Origin: Candidatus Bathyarchaeia archaeon
Lineage (GTDB): Archaea > Thermoproteota > Bathyarchaeia > Bathyarchaeales > Bathycorpusculaceae
Assembly (NCBI GenBank): GCA_049516875.1
Contig: JBEKSS010000010.1
Span: 1-64,000, forward strand
Direction of reading: 5' to 3'
Length of the DNA stretch: 64,000 nucleotides
Each line of letters starts with the position of its first letter. Positions within the stretch are counted from its first letter, which is position 1. The translations under genes were made by a program, and so were the position numbers. This document shows positions 49,688 to 60,183 of the stretch, in pieces. The notes beneath the pieces were generated by a model, which saw only the letters and a list, made by a program, of their open reading frames with translations, was not told the DNA's origin and searched no databases.

Positions 49688-51256
49688 TTATAATGGTACG
49701 TTTGAGTGTTTTCTGGATGGACGAGATTCGCGTTTTGTAGCTAGACTTTCGAGGGCGCTGATGAGCTTCATTCGGGTTTCCGAGGGTATGATGACCTCGT
49801 CTATGTACCCTTTCTGCGCGGCAATATATGGGCTTGCAAATTTCTGGCGGTACTCACTCACAAGCTCGTTGTGTTTCTGTTGAGGGTCTTTGGCTTCTGC
49901 AATTTCCTTTCTGAAAATTATGTTGATGGCCCCGTGAGGACCCATGACCGCGATTTCGGCTGTCGGCCAAGCATAGTTGATGTCGGCGCCTGAGTGTTTG
50001 CTTCCCATCACGTCATAAGCTCCACCGTAGTCTTTTCTGAGGATAACCGTTATCTTTGGCACTGTGGCTTCACAATAAGCGTACAGAAGTTTGGAGCCGT
50101 GTTTGATTATTCCGCCATGCTCTTGTTCAATACCAGGCAAGAAGCCGGGCACGTCTACGAATGTTATTATTGGGATATTGAAGGCGTCGCAGAAACGGAC
50201 GAACCTGCCTGCTTTCATTGAACTGCTAATGTCTAATGCCCCAGCGTAGTGCGCAGGTTGATTAGCTACTATTCCTATGGCTTTCCTGTTTAGACGCGCG
50301 AAGCCTATCACAATGTTCTGTGCCCACAGAGGTTGAATTTCGAAGAATTCACCGTTGTCTACTACCCGAAAGATGATTTCTTTCACGTCATAAGGTTTGT
50401 CAGGGTCGTCTGGAAGCACCTTGACCAAGCCTTCATCGACGCGGTTCGGATCGTCTCCAGTTTCAACAACAGGAGGATCCTCCAAGTAGTTGCTGGGCAA
50501 GTAGCTTAGAATCTTCTTGATGATTTGGATGCACTGCTGTTCGTCTTTTGCGATGAAGTGGGCAACGCCGCTGGTTTGACTGTGAACCATGGCCCCACCA
50601 AGGTCTTCGAAAGACACTTCTTGCCCTAGCACCGTTCTTACCACGTCTGGGCCTGTGATAAACATGTGGCTTGTCTTATCCACCATGATTATGAAGTCAG
50701 TTAAGGCTGGTGAATAGACAGCCCCCCCGGCACAAGGCCCCATTACGGCAGAAATCTGTGGCACTACCCCTGAGCTTATCACGTTTCTGAAAAAGATGTC
50801 ACCGTACCCTGCGAGGCTTGCCACACCTTCTTGAATCCTAGCTCCGCCAGAGTCGTTCAAGCCTATGACTGGTGCGCCTGTTTTCAAAGCCAAATCCATT
50901 AGTTTGCAGACTTTCTTTGCAAACATCTCGCCCAAAGAACCTCCGAAGACCGTGAAGTCCTGCGAGAAGACATAGACGAGTCTACCGTCTATCGTCCCGT
51001 AGCCTGTTACCACGCCGTCGCCGAGGAATTTTCGGTCGGACATGCCAAATTCTATGCAGTGGTGGACAACAAACTGGTCAATCTCGTTGAAGCTGCCTTG
51101 GTCAAGCAAGAGTTCGATGCGTTCTCTAGCCGATAACTTGCCTTTAGCATGCTGTTCTTCGATTCTTTTCTTTCCACCACCCAGTTTGGCCTGCTCTCTT
51201 AAACCGTCCAACTGTTTGATCTTCTCATCGGCTGAAGGTTCTTTTGTTGCGGTCAT
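49688..51256 (-). CDS. Methylmalonyl/propionyl-CoA carboxyltransferase (PccB/MmdA/12S-like)
   Basis: [35 protein letters not shown]. Confidence 0.95.
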   Translation of the reverse strand: MTATKEPSADEKIKQLDGLREQAKLGGGKKRIEEQHAKGKLSARERIELLLDQGSFNEIDQFVVHHCIEFGMSDRKFLGDGVVTGYGTIDGRLVYVFSQDFTVFGGSLGEMFAKKVCKLMDLALKTGAPVIGLNDSGGARIQEGVASLAGYGDIFFRNVISSGVVPQISAVMGPCAGGAVYSPALTDFIIMVDKTSHMFITGPDVVRTVLGQEVSFEDLGGAMVHSQTSGVAHFIAKDEQQCIQIIKKILSYLPSNYLEDPPVVETGDDPNRVDEGLVKVLPDDPDKPYDVKEIIFRVVDNGEFFEIQPLWAQNIVIGFARLNRKAIGIVANQPAHYAGALDISSSMKAGRFVRFCDAFNIPIITFVDVPGFLPGIEQEHGGIIKHGSKLLYAYCEATVPKITVILRKDYGGAYDVMGSKHSGADINYAWPTAEIAVMGPHGAINIIFRKEIAEAKDPQQKHNELVSEYRQKFASPYIAAQKGYIDEVIIPSETRMKLISALESLATKRESRPSRKHSNVPL

Positions 51257-51470
51257 ACATTATTCCCTCAGTTTTGGCAGTAATATTGTCCTATTAAGTA
51301 TTTAGAACATATGGAGATTCTTGGAAATGCGCCCCAAGCTTTTGCGGAAGACTGATTTAGCCTCCAAATCTGACAGCGCGCGCTCAACAGGAAAGACATA
51401 TGCGTATTGAACACCACTTCTCTTTGGAGACGTGTGCCCTGTCTTGCGTAGAACAGTCACTGCAGATTCG

Positions 51471-52427
51471 ATGACACATCCCACGGGCCCTTCATCACCT
51501 GTCAAGAAAATTGTGGCTATTCTGCTAGTTGCAGTAATTCTTGGTTTTCTTCTGTTGAACGCTCCATCCCCATTGCAGATTTTTCAGAGAATGTTTGGAT
51601 TGCACAGATATCCAACCTACAGCCATGACGAACTGGTGAATTATGCATTGTCCCTCGTCAATTCTGACAGATCCCAAAACGGCCAATCAAACGTAAGCCT
51701 CAGTTCGGTTAGCTCAGGCCAACAGCATGCCGACGACATGCTTGAACACCACTACTTCAGCCATTGGGACGTGAATGGCTACAAACCATACATGAGGTAC
51801 ACGTTGGCCGAAGGAAGAGGCTCCGTGGAAGAAAACATCGCATGGTACCATAGCAGTGGTTCTTTTGATGCAAAAGAAGTGTTGAAAGATTTGGAATGGC
51901 AGATGATGTACAACGACTCTGGATCTAGTAATGGTCACATGTTCAACATTCTGAGCACTTCACACAACAGGGTCAATGTTGGAATAGCCCTCGACAGGAA
52001 CAACCTATACTTGGTCCAAGACTTTGAAAACGACTACGTACAATGGTCGACTTTCAATGTTTCCACAGACAATGAAGTGACAATGATAGGGATGCTGCAA
52101 GGAAAAAGTCTGTCAGTGAAACAGATGAGCATCTTCTACGATAGCCTACCCATAAACCTGACATCCGAGCAACTAGAACAGCCTCCGCACAGTGATGGCT
52201 ATAGCGCGGGCGGCTTTGTAGGCATGGCTCTTCCGGCAGGGTACAGGTCACCCAATGGCGTTACGATTGCAGCACAAACATGGACTCAAACTGGCCAAGC
52301 ACTACAAATACTGTTCGACATTTCTCCAGCTCTCGACGCACACGGCAAAGGCGTCTACACGTTATACCTTCAACCAAGCGCAAGTACATTGGACGCGCTG
52401 ACAAGTTACTCAATTTGGTACACCTAA
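51471..52427 (+). CDS. Membrane-anchored CAP/SCP-domain protein
   Basis: TM helix, QQHADDML..YFSH, ENIA, GHMFNIL. Confidence 0.85.
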   Translation: MTHPTGPSSPVKKIVAILLVAVILGFLLLNAPSPLQIFQRMFGLHRYPTYSHDELVNYALSLVNSDRSQNGQSNVSLSSVSSGQQHADDMLEHHYFSHWDVNGYKPYMRYTLAEGRGSVEENIAWYHSSGSFDAKEVLKDLEWQMMYNDSGSSNGHMFNILSTSHNRVNVGIALDRNNLYLVQDFENDYVQWSTFNVSTDNEVTMIGMLQGKSLSVKQMSIFYDSLPINLTSEQLEQPPHSDGYSAGGFVGMALPAGYRSPNGVTIAAQTWTQTGQALQILFDISPALDAHGKGVYTLYLQPSASTLDALTSYSIWYT

Positions 52428-53221
52428 CACTTCCCGAAGACAAGGTCGCCCACAAGAATTCGTCTTGTTGTTCCGTCTTCAAGCTTGAGAATCAGCGCAC
52501 CTTCAAGATCAACGTTCAACGCCAGACCGTTCAATTCTTCATCTTGATCTGTAACTACTACCTTATGTCCTAGAAACCCTGCGTACCTTTTCCACCTTTC
52601 TAGCAGAGAAGCAAAGCCGCCTCCCACGTACGTGTCGTAGATCCTCTCCATCTTCTCAAGCAACGCCTTAAGCAAGCTTTCCAAACGGATTTTTCTGCCA
52701 AGCTCGTTCTGAATGGAAGTCGCGGTAGTTTTCACCGATTCCGACAAAACGTCCTCCGCACAGAAGTTTGCGTTTATCCCGACGCCCAAGATAGCATAGT
52801 TGACGTTTTCGCATTTCGTGTTCATTTCGGCCAGTATGCCGCAGATCTTCTTGCCGTTCACGAGCACATCGTTAGGCCATTTAGTTTCGGTTCTCATTCC
52901 GTACTTCTCATGCAAGACTTCAGCCACAGCCAAACTGCCCACAAACACCAGCTTCACAGCTTCGTTGGCTTTCTGGTCGGGCCGCAGAACAATTGAAAAC
53001 CATAATCCGCCTCTCGGCGAGATCCACTCTCGCCCAAGTCTTCCTCGTCCAGCCATCTGAGTCTGGGCCACTGTGACTGTCCCCTCTTCTGCACCGATCT
53101 TGGCAAGTTCCTTGGCCCAATCGCTCGTCGAGTTGACTTCGCGACTGAAAAAGACGCGTTTCCCAAAACGTTTAGTGAGTAGACTTTCCTGAAGTCTTTC
53201 TAGGTTTATTTTTGCTGACAC
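52424..53221 (-). CDS. birA: Biotin-protein ligase
   Basis: QMAGRGRLGREW, KWPND, KICGIL. Likely GTG start at 53221. Confidence 0.93.
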   Translation of the reverse strand: MSAKINLERLQESLLTKRFGKRVFFSREVNSTSDWAKELAKIGAEEGTVTVAQTQMAGRGRLGREWISPRGGLWFSIVLRPDQKANEAVKLVFVGSLAVAEVLHEKYGMRTETKWPNDVLVNGKKICGILAEMNTKCENVNYAILGVGINANFCAEDVLSESVKTTATSIQNELGRKIRLESLLKALLEKMERIYDTYVGGGFASLLERWKRYAGFLGHKVVVTDQDEELNGLALNVDLEGALILKLEDGTTRRILVGDLVFGKC

Positions 53222-53234
53222 GTAGGGCCCGCCA

Positions 53235-53639
53235 TCAGGGTGCTTCACAGAGTTCCAGAAGAACACCCTTGGTGCTTTTCGGATGGACGAAGGCAATTTT
53301 CTTTCCCTGTGCGCCCGCCCTCGGCTTCTCGTCAATCAACGTCAGGCCCTTCTGTTTGAACTTCTCAAGCACCGCTTCAATGTTCTTGACTTTCAACGCT
53401 ATATGGTGAATGCCTTCCCCGCGGCTTGCAAGAAACTTCGCGATGGTGCTTTCATTATCAAGCGGTTCCAAAAGTTCAATGTTTGTCTCGTTGCCGCTTG
53501 AGAAAAACGCTACTCTGAGCTTTCGATCATTCAAAACGTGAACACCCTCAAGCTTTAGACCCAAGACATCACGATAGAAACCGATTGCCTCATCCAGACT
53601 CTTCACCGCAACTCCGATATGATCCAATCCGTTAATCAA
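53235..53639 (-). CDS. mce: Methylmalonyl-CoA epimerase
   Basis: DHIGVAV, IELLEP, GEGIHHIA, FVHPKSTKGVLLEL. Confidence 0.92.
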   Translation of the reverse strand: MINGLDHIGVAVKSLDEAIGFYRDVLGLKLEGVHVLNDRKLRVAFFSSGNETNIELLEPLDNESTIAKFLASRGEGIHHIALKVKNIEAVLEKFKQKGLTLIDEKPRAGAQGKKIAFVHPKSTKGVLLELCEAP

Positions 53640-53775
53640 TGTACTCACCGGTTTTTTACAGTGACGCCAAAACATGCAGACGTCGGCAAGGATTTAAGCT
53701 TAACTTCTATCTATATTGACATGAAAGGCGGGTGGTAACGTATTCAGTATATTCGGGTTTGACCTGCCCTTTCTA

Positions 53776-54594
53776 ATGGCGTCCATGGTTCTAATTGCAA
53801 TGGGCTGCGTAGCCTTAGCTTTTTCTCTGATCTTGCGGAAAAAATCGCGTGCTCTTCAGAAATTTCCAAAAAGCCCGCAAATCAAAATATTCAAGAAAAC
53901 CTTCAATGTTTTCGACCCGTATTCAGAACAACGGAAGGTTATTCATGAACACCTTCAACTGCTCATTCTACTCGCTATTTACGGATCTTTTATCGGCATT
54001 GGTTTTGCGATATTGGCGATGCTTCAAGTTGGATTCTTGCTGGGCTTCATGGTGTTGATAGTTTGTCTCGGTTTCCTTTTGCTTGACGAGACTCTGGAGG
54101 TTCACAAGAACGCCAACATCTTTTTGAAAGCCTTCAAGAATGAAGTAAGCTTCGGCAAAGGTGATTTGGAAGCACTGGACTTTCTGAGACAGACCTTGCC
54201 AAGACTAAGTCACTACCATCTTTCGGTTGCAATCGCATTCTTTGCAACCTCTCTAGCAGTGCCATCCGTCGTGAACATCTTTGTGCTGGCCTTTGCTCAA
54301 TGGGCAGGCGTGATATTCGCGGCAAGCGCAGCTTTCTGGTTTTTCCCTCCCTTTGTACTTATCTGCACAGGTATCCTGTTTGCTGCCACTGTGTTCGTGG
54401 TGCAGTTTGCGGCCGGCAAGGTTAAGAGAAGGATTTTCAGTTTTCCTTCTCCTCAACCGCTGAACGGAATGAGTGAACAGTTCTATCGTATGAAAATGTT
54501 CGTAGGAATTCAACATCATCATCCAACACTTCACCTACCTGAAGTGGAGCAGAAGAAGACAGATGAAAAAGATGTTGAACAGACCGAAGCTTAA
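53776..54594 (+). CDS. Multi-pass membrane protein of unknown function
   Basis: Several hydrophobic helices in a long clean ORF. Confidence 0.7.
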   Translation: MASMVLIAMGCVALAFSLILRKKSRALQKFPKSPQIKIFKKTFNVFDPYSEQRKVIHEHLQLLILLAIYGSFIGIGFAILAMLQVGFLLGFMVLIVCLGFLLLDETLEVHKNANIFLKAFKNEVSFGKGDLEALDFLRQTLPRLSHYHLSVAIAFFATSLAVPSVVNIFVLAFAQWAGVIFAASAAFWFFPPFVLICTGILFAATVFVVQFAAGKVKRRIFSFPSPQPLNGMSEQFYRMKMFVGIQHHHPTLHLPEVEQKKTDEKDVEQTEA

Positions 54595-54713
54595 CTCATA
54601 CTTCTATGCCAAGTGCTGGAACAGCCTTGGAAATCCTTAGACACACTTGATAGACTGCAAATCGGCTTTCATCGGCAAACACTTTTAAATATTGCTTAAA
54701 ATATCAGTGAGCC

Positions 54714-54989
54714 ATGCCAGACAAGGTTCACTGTGCCCACATCCTCGTGAAATCGGAACAGGAAGCCAAAGCCATCTTGCAACGGTTGAACAAGGGTGAA
54801 AAATTCGCAAACATAGCCAAAGAAGTGTCACTCTGTCCATCTGGAAAGCGCGGTGGAGACCTCGGCACGTTCACAAGAGGAAAAATGGTCAAAGAATTCG
54901 AGACATGCGCCTTCGCGCTTCAGAAAGGACAAGTTTCGCCCATCGTGAAAACAAAATTCGGATATCACATAATAAAAAGACTAGACTGA
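54714..54989 (+). CDS. ppiC: Parvulin-type peptidyl-prolyl isomerase
   Basis: AHILVK, SLCPSGKRGGDLG, TKFGYHII. Confidence 0.93.
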   Translation: MPDKVHCAHILVKSEQEAKAILQRLNKGEKFANIAKEVSLCPSGKRGGDLGTFTRGKMVKEFETCAFALQKGQVSPIVKTKFGYHIIKRLD

Positions 54990-55046
54990 ATAGCATCAAC
55001 ATCCCGATTGGCAATATGACTCCCAAAAGGGTGAGAAATCGCAGTT

Positions 55047-55628
55047 TCAACGGGACTTCGCGACGTTTGTGAAATTCCGAAGGATTTCTTCCCCATGCTC
55101 AGTGTTGTTCACTTCAGGGTGAAATTGAACCCCATAATACGGCTTTTCCATATGCTTCACAGCTTGGACACTGCAATTCTCTGATACAGCAAGCACCGCG
55201 AACCCGTTTGCAACCTTCACCTCGTCGTTATGCGACTCCCAAACAAGAAACTCTTTAGGCAACCCCTTGAATAGGTCATCCTCTTCAATGACCGTTATCC
55301 TTGCCAGCCCGTATTCTGGAACCTCAGAAGGCCCAGCCTTTCCACCGCAATACACAGCCATCAGCTGAAGCCCTACACATATGCCCAGAATCGGTCCCTT
55401 GAAATCCTGCAAGTAATCAATACACTTGCCCAGTTTCGGAGACTCCCAAGCGATTCTAGGTGCTCCCCCACTCAAAATCAACGCCTCAGCCTCTATTTCA
55501 TCTACAGGCGTAGTGTTAGCTATGATCTTCGAATCGCAACCGAGTTCCTTCAAGACCCTCCAAATCCTGTGAGTCCATTGGCCACCGTTGTCAACAACGT
55601 GAACTCTGACAGGCCTACTCATACTCAA
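55047..55628 (-). CDS. guaAA: GMP synthase glutamine amidotransferase subunit A
   Basis: DNGGQWTH, GICVG, SHND, QFHPE. Confidence 0.93.
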   Translation of the reverse strand: MSMSRPVRVHVVDNGGQWTHRIWRVLKELGCDSKIIANTTPVDEIEAEALILSGGAPRIAWESPKLGKCIDYLQDFKGPILGICVGLQLMAVYCGGKAGPSEVPEYGLARITVIEEDDLFKGLPKEFLVWESHNDEVKVANGFAVLAVSENCSVQAVKHMEKPYYGVQFHPEVNNTEHGEEILRNFTNVAKSR

Positions 55629-56568
55629 TCGTCCCCGGAGGTTTGTTCGTTACATCAAAAACAACTCTACTTACATCATCCTTCAGAGTATTCGTAATTC
55701 TCACAGATATCCTCTCCAACACCGTATGAGGAATCTTTGAGTACGCAGCGCTCATTCCATCCAGACTCTCAACCGAGCGAACTGCAACGACGTTCCCGTA
55801 GACTCTCACATCACCATGAACCCCGACTGTTTTGCATGGCAGCAACACGGCAAAGTACTGCCATGGTCTGCTCATCTCCTTGTTAGCTACAGCTTTTTCG
55901 ATCTCTTCTTCCACGATTGCGCATGCCTCTCTAACGATTCTCACGTTAATTGGAGTAGCTTCCCCAAGTATCCTCACAGCCAAGCCGGGGCCCGGAAAAG
56001 GCTGACGCTCATAAAGCTCTGAAGGTAGACCCAACTCTTTCCCAACAATTCTCACTTCATCTTTGTACAAATCTCTTAACGGTTCGACAATTTCAAATTC
56101 GATTTTTTCAGGCAGGCCTCCGACATTATGATGAGATTTAATTCTGTCCCTCAAACCGCCCCCGCTTTCTATCCAATCTGGAGCGATTGTTCCTTGAACA
56201 AAAAACTTCGCACTCTCCGTTCTGGCAACTTCCTCAAAAACTCTAATGAACAATTCACCAATGATTTTCCTTTTCTGCTCTGGGTCAACTGCGCCCTGGA
56301 GCTTCTCATAGAATCGTTCCTTGGCATCCACAACGATGACGTTCAAACCGAGTTTTTTCAACATTTTTTCATTGTTCCCTATCTCGTTCTTTCTCATGTA
56401 ACCAGTATCCACCAGAACACAGCGCAAGTTCTCCCCAACGGCTTTGTTCACCAAAATCGCTGCTGCAGTTGAATCAACACCGCCAGAAACGCCTATGACA
56501 GCAACACCCTTTATCCTCTCAGCCAATTCCTTAACCGCCTCATCTATGAACTTTGCAGCATTGAACAT
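55615..56568 (-). CDS. guaAB: GMP synthase ATP pyrophosphatase subunit B
   Basis: SGGVDS, IKSHHNVGG, PFPGPGL, KPPGTIEYE. Confidence 0.94.
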   Translation of the reverse strand: MFNAAKFIDEAVKELAERIKGVAVIGVSGGVDSTAAAILVNKAVGENLRCVLVDTGYMRKNEIGNNEKMLKKLGLNVIVVDAKERFYEKLQGAVDPEQKRKIIGELFIRVFEEVARTESAKFFVQGTIAPDWIESGGGLRDRIKSHHNVGGLPEKIEFEIVEPLRDLYKDEVRIVGKELGLPSELYERQPFPGPGLAVRILGEATPINVRIVREACAIVEEEIEKAVANKEMSRPWQYFAVLLPCKTVGVHGDVRVYGNVVAVRSVESLDGMSAAYSKIPHTVLERISVRITNTLKDDVSRVVFDVTNKPPGTIEYE

Positions 56569-56747
56569 GCAGGTACCACACGGTAGGATTGAACAGGGCA
56601 CGTATAAAAGTCTTGTAAACACTTTCAGGAATACACTCAGCCACGACACTAACATCATTATCGAGAAGAAAACTGGAAAAACTATAAAACACAGGTCACA
56701 GACTTACCTAGTCTCCATCAATAATCAAATCAAAACAGGCGAGTCTA

Positions 56748-58448
56748 GTGGAGAAATTGATTCATGACATAATAATCGTCGGCGCCGGCTTAGCCGGCCT
56801 TAGGAGTGCGGTCGCCGCTGCCGAAGTTGACAGCAAACTGGACATAGCCGTCATCTCAAAGCACCATCCTTTACGATCGCACTCTGTTTGTGCACAGGGC
56901 GGAACAGGAGCCGTTATGAACGAAAAAGACTCTTTTGACCTCCATGCCTATGATACCGTGAAGGGCGCGGATTTCCTCGCAGACCAAGACGTTGTGGAAT
57001 TCTTCGCCAGAGGGGCACCGAAAGAAATAGTCCTCACAGAACACTGGGGATGTCCGTGGAGCAGAACGGCTGACGGAAAAATAGATCAAAGAGCATTCGG
57101 CGGGCACACTTTTCCAAGAGCATGCTTTGCAGCAGACATGACAGGCTTTCATGAAATGCACGCCGTCTACGGAAAAGCGACATCTTATCATAACATAAAA
57201 TTCTACGACGAATGGTTCGTCACCTCCCTTGTCGTAGAAAACGCAACAGCCATAGGCCTTACGGCTTTGGAAATGAGGACGGGCCGAATGTACGCGCTCC
57301 AAGCTAAATCAATTGTGATGGCAACTGGAGGACACGAACGCATCTACGAGTTCACCACGTTTTCGCACACAACAACAGGCGACGGCATGGCAATGGCCTA
57401 CCGCGCAGGTGCACCGCTGGAGGACATGGAGTTCGTCCAGTTCCACCCAACAGGCATGGTCCCCTCAGGCGTACTGATAACGGAAGGGGCAAGAGGAGAA
57501 GGAGGCTACCTAATCAACGCCAACGGCGAACGCTTCATGAAAAAATACGCACCTGAAAAAATGGAACTAGCTCCACGAGACGTGGTTTCACGTGCAGAAC
57601 AAACAGAAATACTGAAAGGAAGGGGCTTGCAGGGACCCTACGGACCTTACATAGCTATAGACCTAAGACACCTAGGAGAAGAGAAAATAAACCTAAGGCT
57701 ACCGCTCATCAGAGACGTCGCGATAAAACTCGGCGGAGTAGACCCCGTCAAAGAACCGATACCGATCAGGCCAGCGGCTCACTACTCGATGGGAGGAATC
57801 AAGGCCAACATAAAAACCGAGACACCGATTTCAGGCTTATACGCCTCAGGAGAATGCTCATGCCTAAGCCTACACGGAGCAAACAGACTGGGCACAAACT
57901 CCACAGCAGAATGTCTAGTTTTCGGCGCAGTCTCAGGCGAACAAGCTGCCAAGCACGCGTTATCAACAGGCTTGCATGAACCCCCACAGGGAAAATTGGC
58001 TGCAGAAGAAAAGCGGGTCTTCGACCAGACATTGGGAAGCGAAGGCACCGAAAGGGTCCCGGACATCAGAGATGAAATGAGACGCATAATGAACGAGAAG
58101 GCATGGATATACAGAAGAGGAGACCAGCTTGAAAGCGGCCTGAAGGAAATCAGACAGCTTAAGCAAAGGTTCAAAAAGATAAGAGTCCAAGACAAAGGAC
58201 GACCATTCAACACTGGAATGTTAAACGCACTGCAACTTAATTTCATGCTGGATCTTGCCGAAGTCACCATGGTCGGTGCTCTGCCGCGTAATGAATCACG
58301 CGGAGCACATTCAAGAACCGACTATCCAAAACGCGATGACCAGAACTGGCTGAAACACACACTCGCCTACTACACGAAAGACGGACCGAGACTCGAGTAC
58401 ATTCCAGTCACGATAACCAGATGGCCTCCTGTGGCCAGAACCTACTAG
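56748..58448 (+). CDS. sdhA: Succinate dehydrogenase/fumarate reductase flavoprotein subunit
   Basis: GAGLAG, RSHSVCAQGG, QFHPT, HYSMGG, HGANRLGTNS. Confidence 0.93.
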   Translation: MEKLIHDIIIVGAGLAGLRSAVAAAEVDSKLDIAVISKHHPLRSHSVCAQGGTGAVMNEKDSFDLHAYDTVKGADFLADQDVVEFFARGAPKEIVLTEHWGCPWSRTADGKIDQRAFGGHTFPRACFAADMTGFHEMHAVYGKATSYHNIKFYDEWFVTSLVVENATAIGLTALEMRTGRMYALQAKSIVMATGGHERIYEFTTFSHTTTGDGMAMAYRAGAPLEDMEFVQFHPTGMVPSGVLITEGARGEGGYLINANGERFMKKYAPEKMELAPRDVVSRAEQTEILKGRGLQGPYGPYIAIDLRHLGEEKINLRLPLIRDVAIKLGGVDPVKEPIPIRPAAHYSMGGIKANIKTETPISGLYASGECSCLSLHGANRLGTNSTAECLVFGAVSGEQAAKHALSTGLHEPPQGKLAAEEKRVFDQTLGSEGTERVPDIRDEMRRIMNEKAWIYRRGDQLESGLKEIRQLKQRFKKIRVQDKGRPFNTGMLNALQLNFMLDLAEVTMVGALPRNESRGAHSRTDYPKRDDQNWLKHTLAYYTKDGPRLEYIPVTITRWPPVARTY

Positions 58449-58462
58449 AAAGATGAAGTAAC

Positions 58463-60028
58463 ATGAGCACCAAAGTAGAGAAAACGGTTGAATTCAACAT
58501 AAGCCGATTTGAACCAGAACAGAAAAGACACTACGTATCAACATTCAAAGTCCCCATTCACCAAGGAACAACTCTCCTTGACGCCCTGCTTTATATCAAA
58601 GATCACTTTGACGATTCACTCACGTTTAGACAGTCATGCAGGATGGGCATCTGCGGAGACTGTGCAATCAACGTTAACGGCAAGCCGATGCTAGCCTGCT
58701 ACACGCAGGTGCTCGACCTCGGCGCAGACTCTCTGACCGTTGAACCGCTCTCAAATTCTCCTGTGATAAAAGACCTTGTTGTCGACATGCAACCGTTCTT
58801 CGAAACTTACAAGAGGATCAAACCGATCCTGATTAAGCCTGAAGAAGAATTCAAGAAACCTGATGAATTCTCTCAAAGTCCCGAGGATCTTAAAAAATAC
58901 TGGGACCTGACACTATGTATCAAATGCTCCATTTGCAACTCAGCCTGTCCAGCAGTCATAGACGAGAAATTCCTCGGACCCTCAGCGTTAACGGCTACTT
59001 ACAGATTCCTCACAGATTCAAGGGATCAAGGCTTGGATCAACGGTTGAAACCAATGGCCGACAACATCTGGCTCTGCACCCAATGCAACTCGTGCACGAT
59101 GTTCTGCCCCAAAAAACTAACCTGCGCAAACGCCATAGTTGACGATCACAGCCTCCTAGTCGAAGCCGGAGACATTCCAAGAACCGTCAAAGACGTGCTT
59201 GAAAGCGTATACAAATACCACAACCCCATGGGAACAACGCAGGCCAAAAGGATGGAATGGGCAAAAGATCTGAACGTTAAAACCTTTCCAACAACCACAA
59301 AAGCCGATGTCCTGTTTTTCACCTGCTGCTCAAATGTTTACGACCTGAGAAACCAAGAAGCAGCAAGAACCATGGCCTCAATATTCAATCACATGCAGGT
59401 CTCCTTTGCGACACTGGGCACTGAAGAATGGTGCTGCGGAGACCACATGCTAAGACTCGGCGAAAAAGGATTGTTCGAAGAACTCGCCGAACACAACATC
59501 TCAATGTTCAAGAAATTCAACCCAAAGAAAATCGTAACGTTATCACCACACTGTTACAACACGTTCAAGAATGACAAGCCTTACAGCGACGCTGGCCTGA
59601 ACGTCCAACACTACACCCAATTCCTCGCCGAGGCCCTTGAAAAAGGAAGCATCAAACTCTCGAAGCCCATAAGGAAAAGAATCGTCTACCATGACCCCTG
59701 CTTCCTAGGCAAACGCAACGATGTATTTGACGCACCACGACAGATCTTGCAGTCAATAAAAGGCGTAGAACTTATCGAAATGAGAAGGACAAAACAGAGC
59801 AGCTTCTGCTGCGGCGGAGGCGCTGGAAGGGTGTGGACAGAAGACGCGTTGCCTGAAAAGAGACCCAGCACAAACCGACTTCAAGAGGCACTCAGCCTCA
59901 ACGCTGACACTGTAGCTGTGGCCTGCCCATACTGCGTCACCACCTTAGAAGATGCGGTAAAAGTGCTAGACGTAGAAAACAAGATTTCGGTAAAGGACAT
60001 TCTGGAGCTCATTAAAGAAGCACTGTAA
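58463..60028 (+). CDS. SdhB/FrdB Fe-S subunit fused to two CCG (HdrD/GlpC-like) domains
   Basis: SCRMGICGDC, CIKCSICNSACP, CTQCNSCTMFCP, EWCCG, YHDPC, FCCGGG, ACPYC. Confidence 0.92.
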   Translation: MSTKVEKTVEFNISRFEPEQKRHYVSTFKVPIHQGTTLLDALLYIKDHFDDSLTFRQSCRMGICGDCAINVNGKPMLACYTQVLDLGADSLTVEPLSNSPVIKDLVVDMQPFFETYKRIKPILIKPEEEFKKPDEFSQSPEDLKKYWDLTLCIKCSICNSACPAVIDEKFLGPSALTATYRFLTDSRDQGLDQRLKPMADNIWLCTQCNSCTMFCPKKLTCANAIVDDHSLLVEAGDIPRTVKDVLESVYKYHNPMGTTQAKRMEWAKDLNVKTFPTTTKADVLFFTCCSNVYDLRNQEAARTMASIFNHMQVSFATLGTEEWCCGDHMLRLGEKGLFEELAEHNISMFKKFNPKKIVTLSPHCYNTFKNDKPYSDAGLNVQHYTQFLAEALEKGSIKLSKPIRKRIVYHDPCFLGKRNDVFDAPRQILQSIKGVELIEMRRTKQSSFCCGGGAGRVWTEDALPEKRPSTNRLQEALSLNADTVAVACPYCVTTLEDAVKVLDVENKISVKDILELIKEAL

Positions 60029-60183
60029 TCCCCAAGAATACCTGTATCCTATTCCTTTTTTCGGCGAAGAATCCATCAGCAGAACGTTGATTTATCTTCG
60101 TTCAGAAATCAGATTTTTAAACGATAAATTAATATTAAACATGCAGGTTCGTTAAGAACAAGAATGGTGTAGAGGGAACAGTA

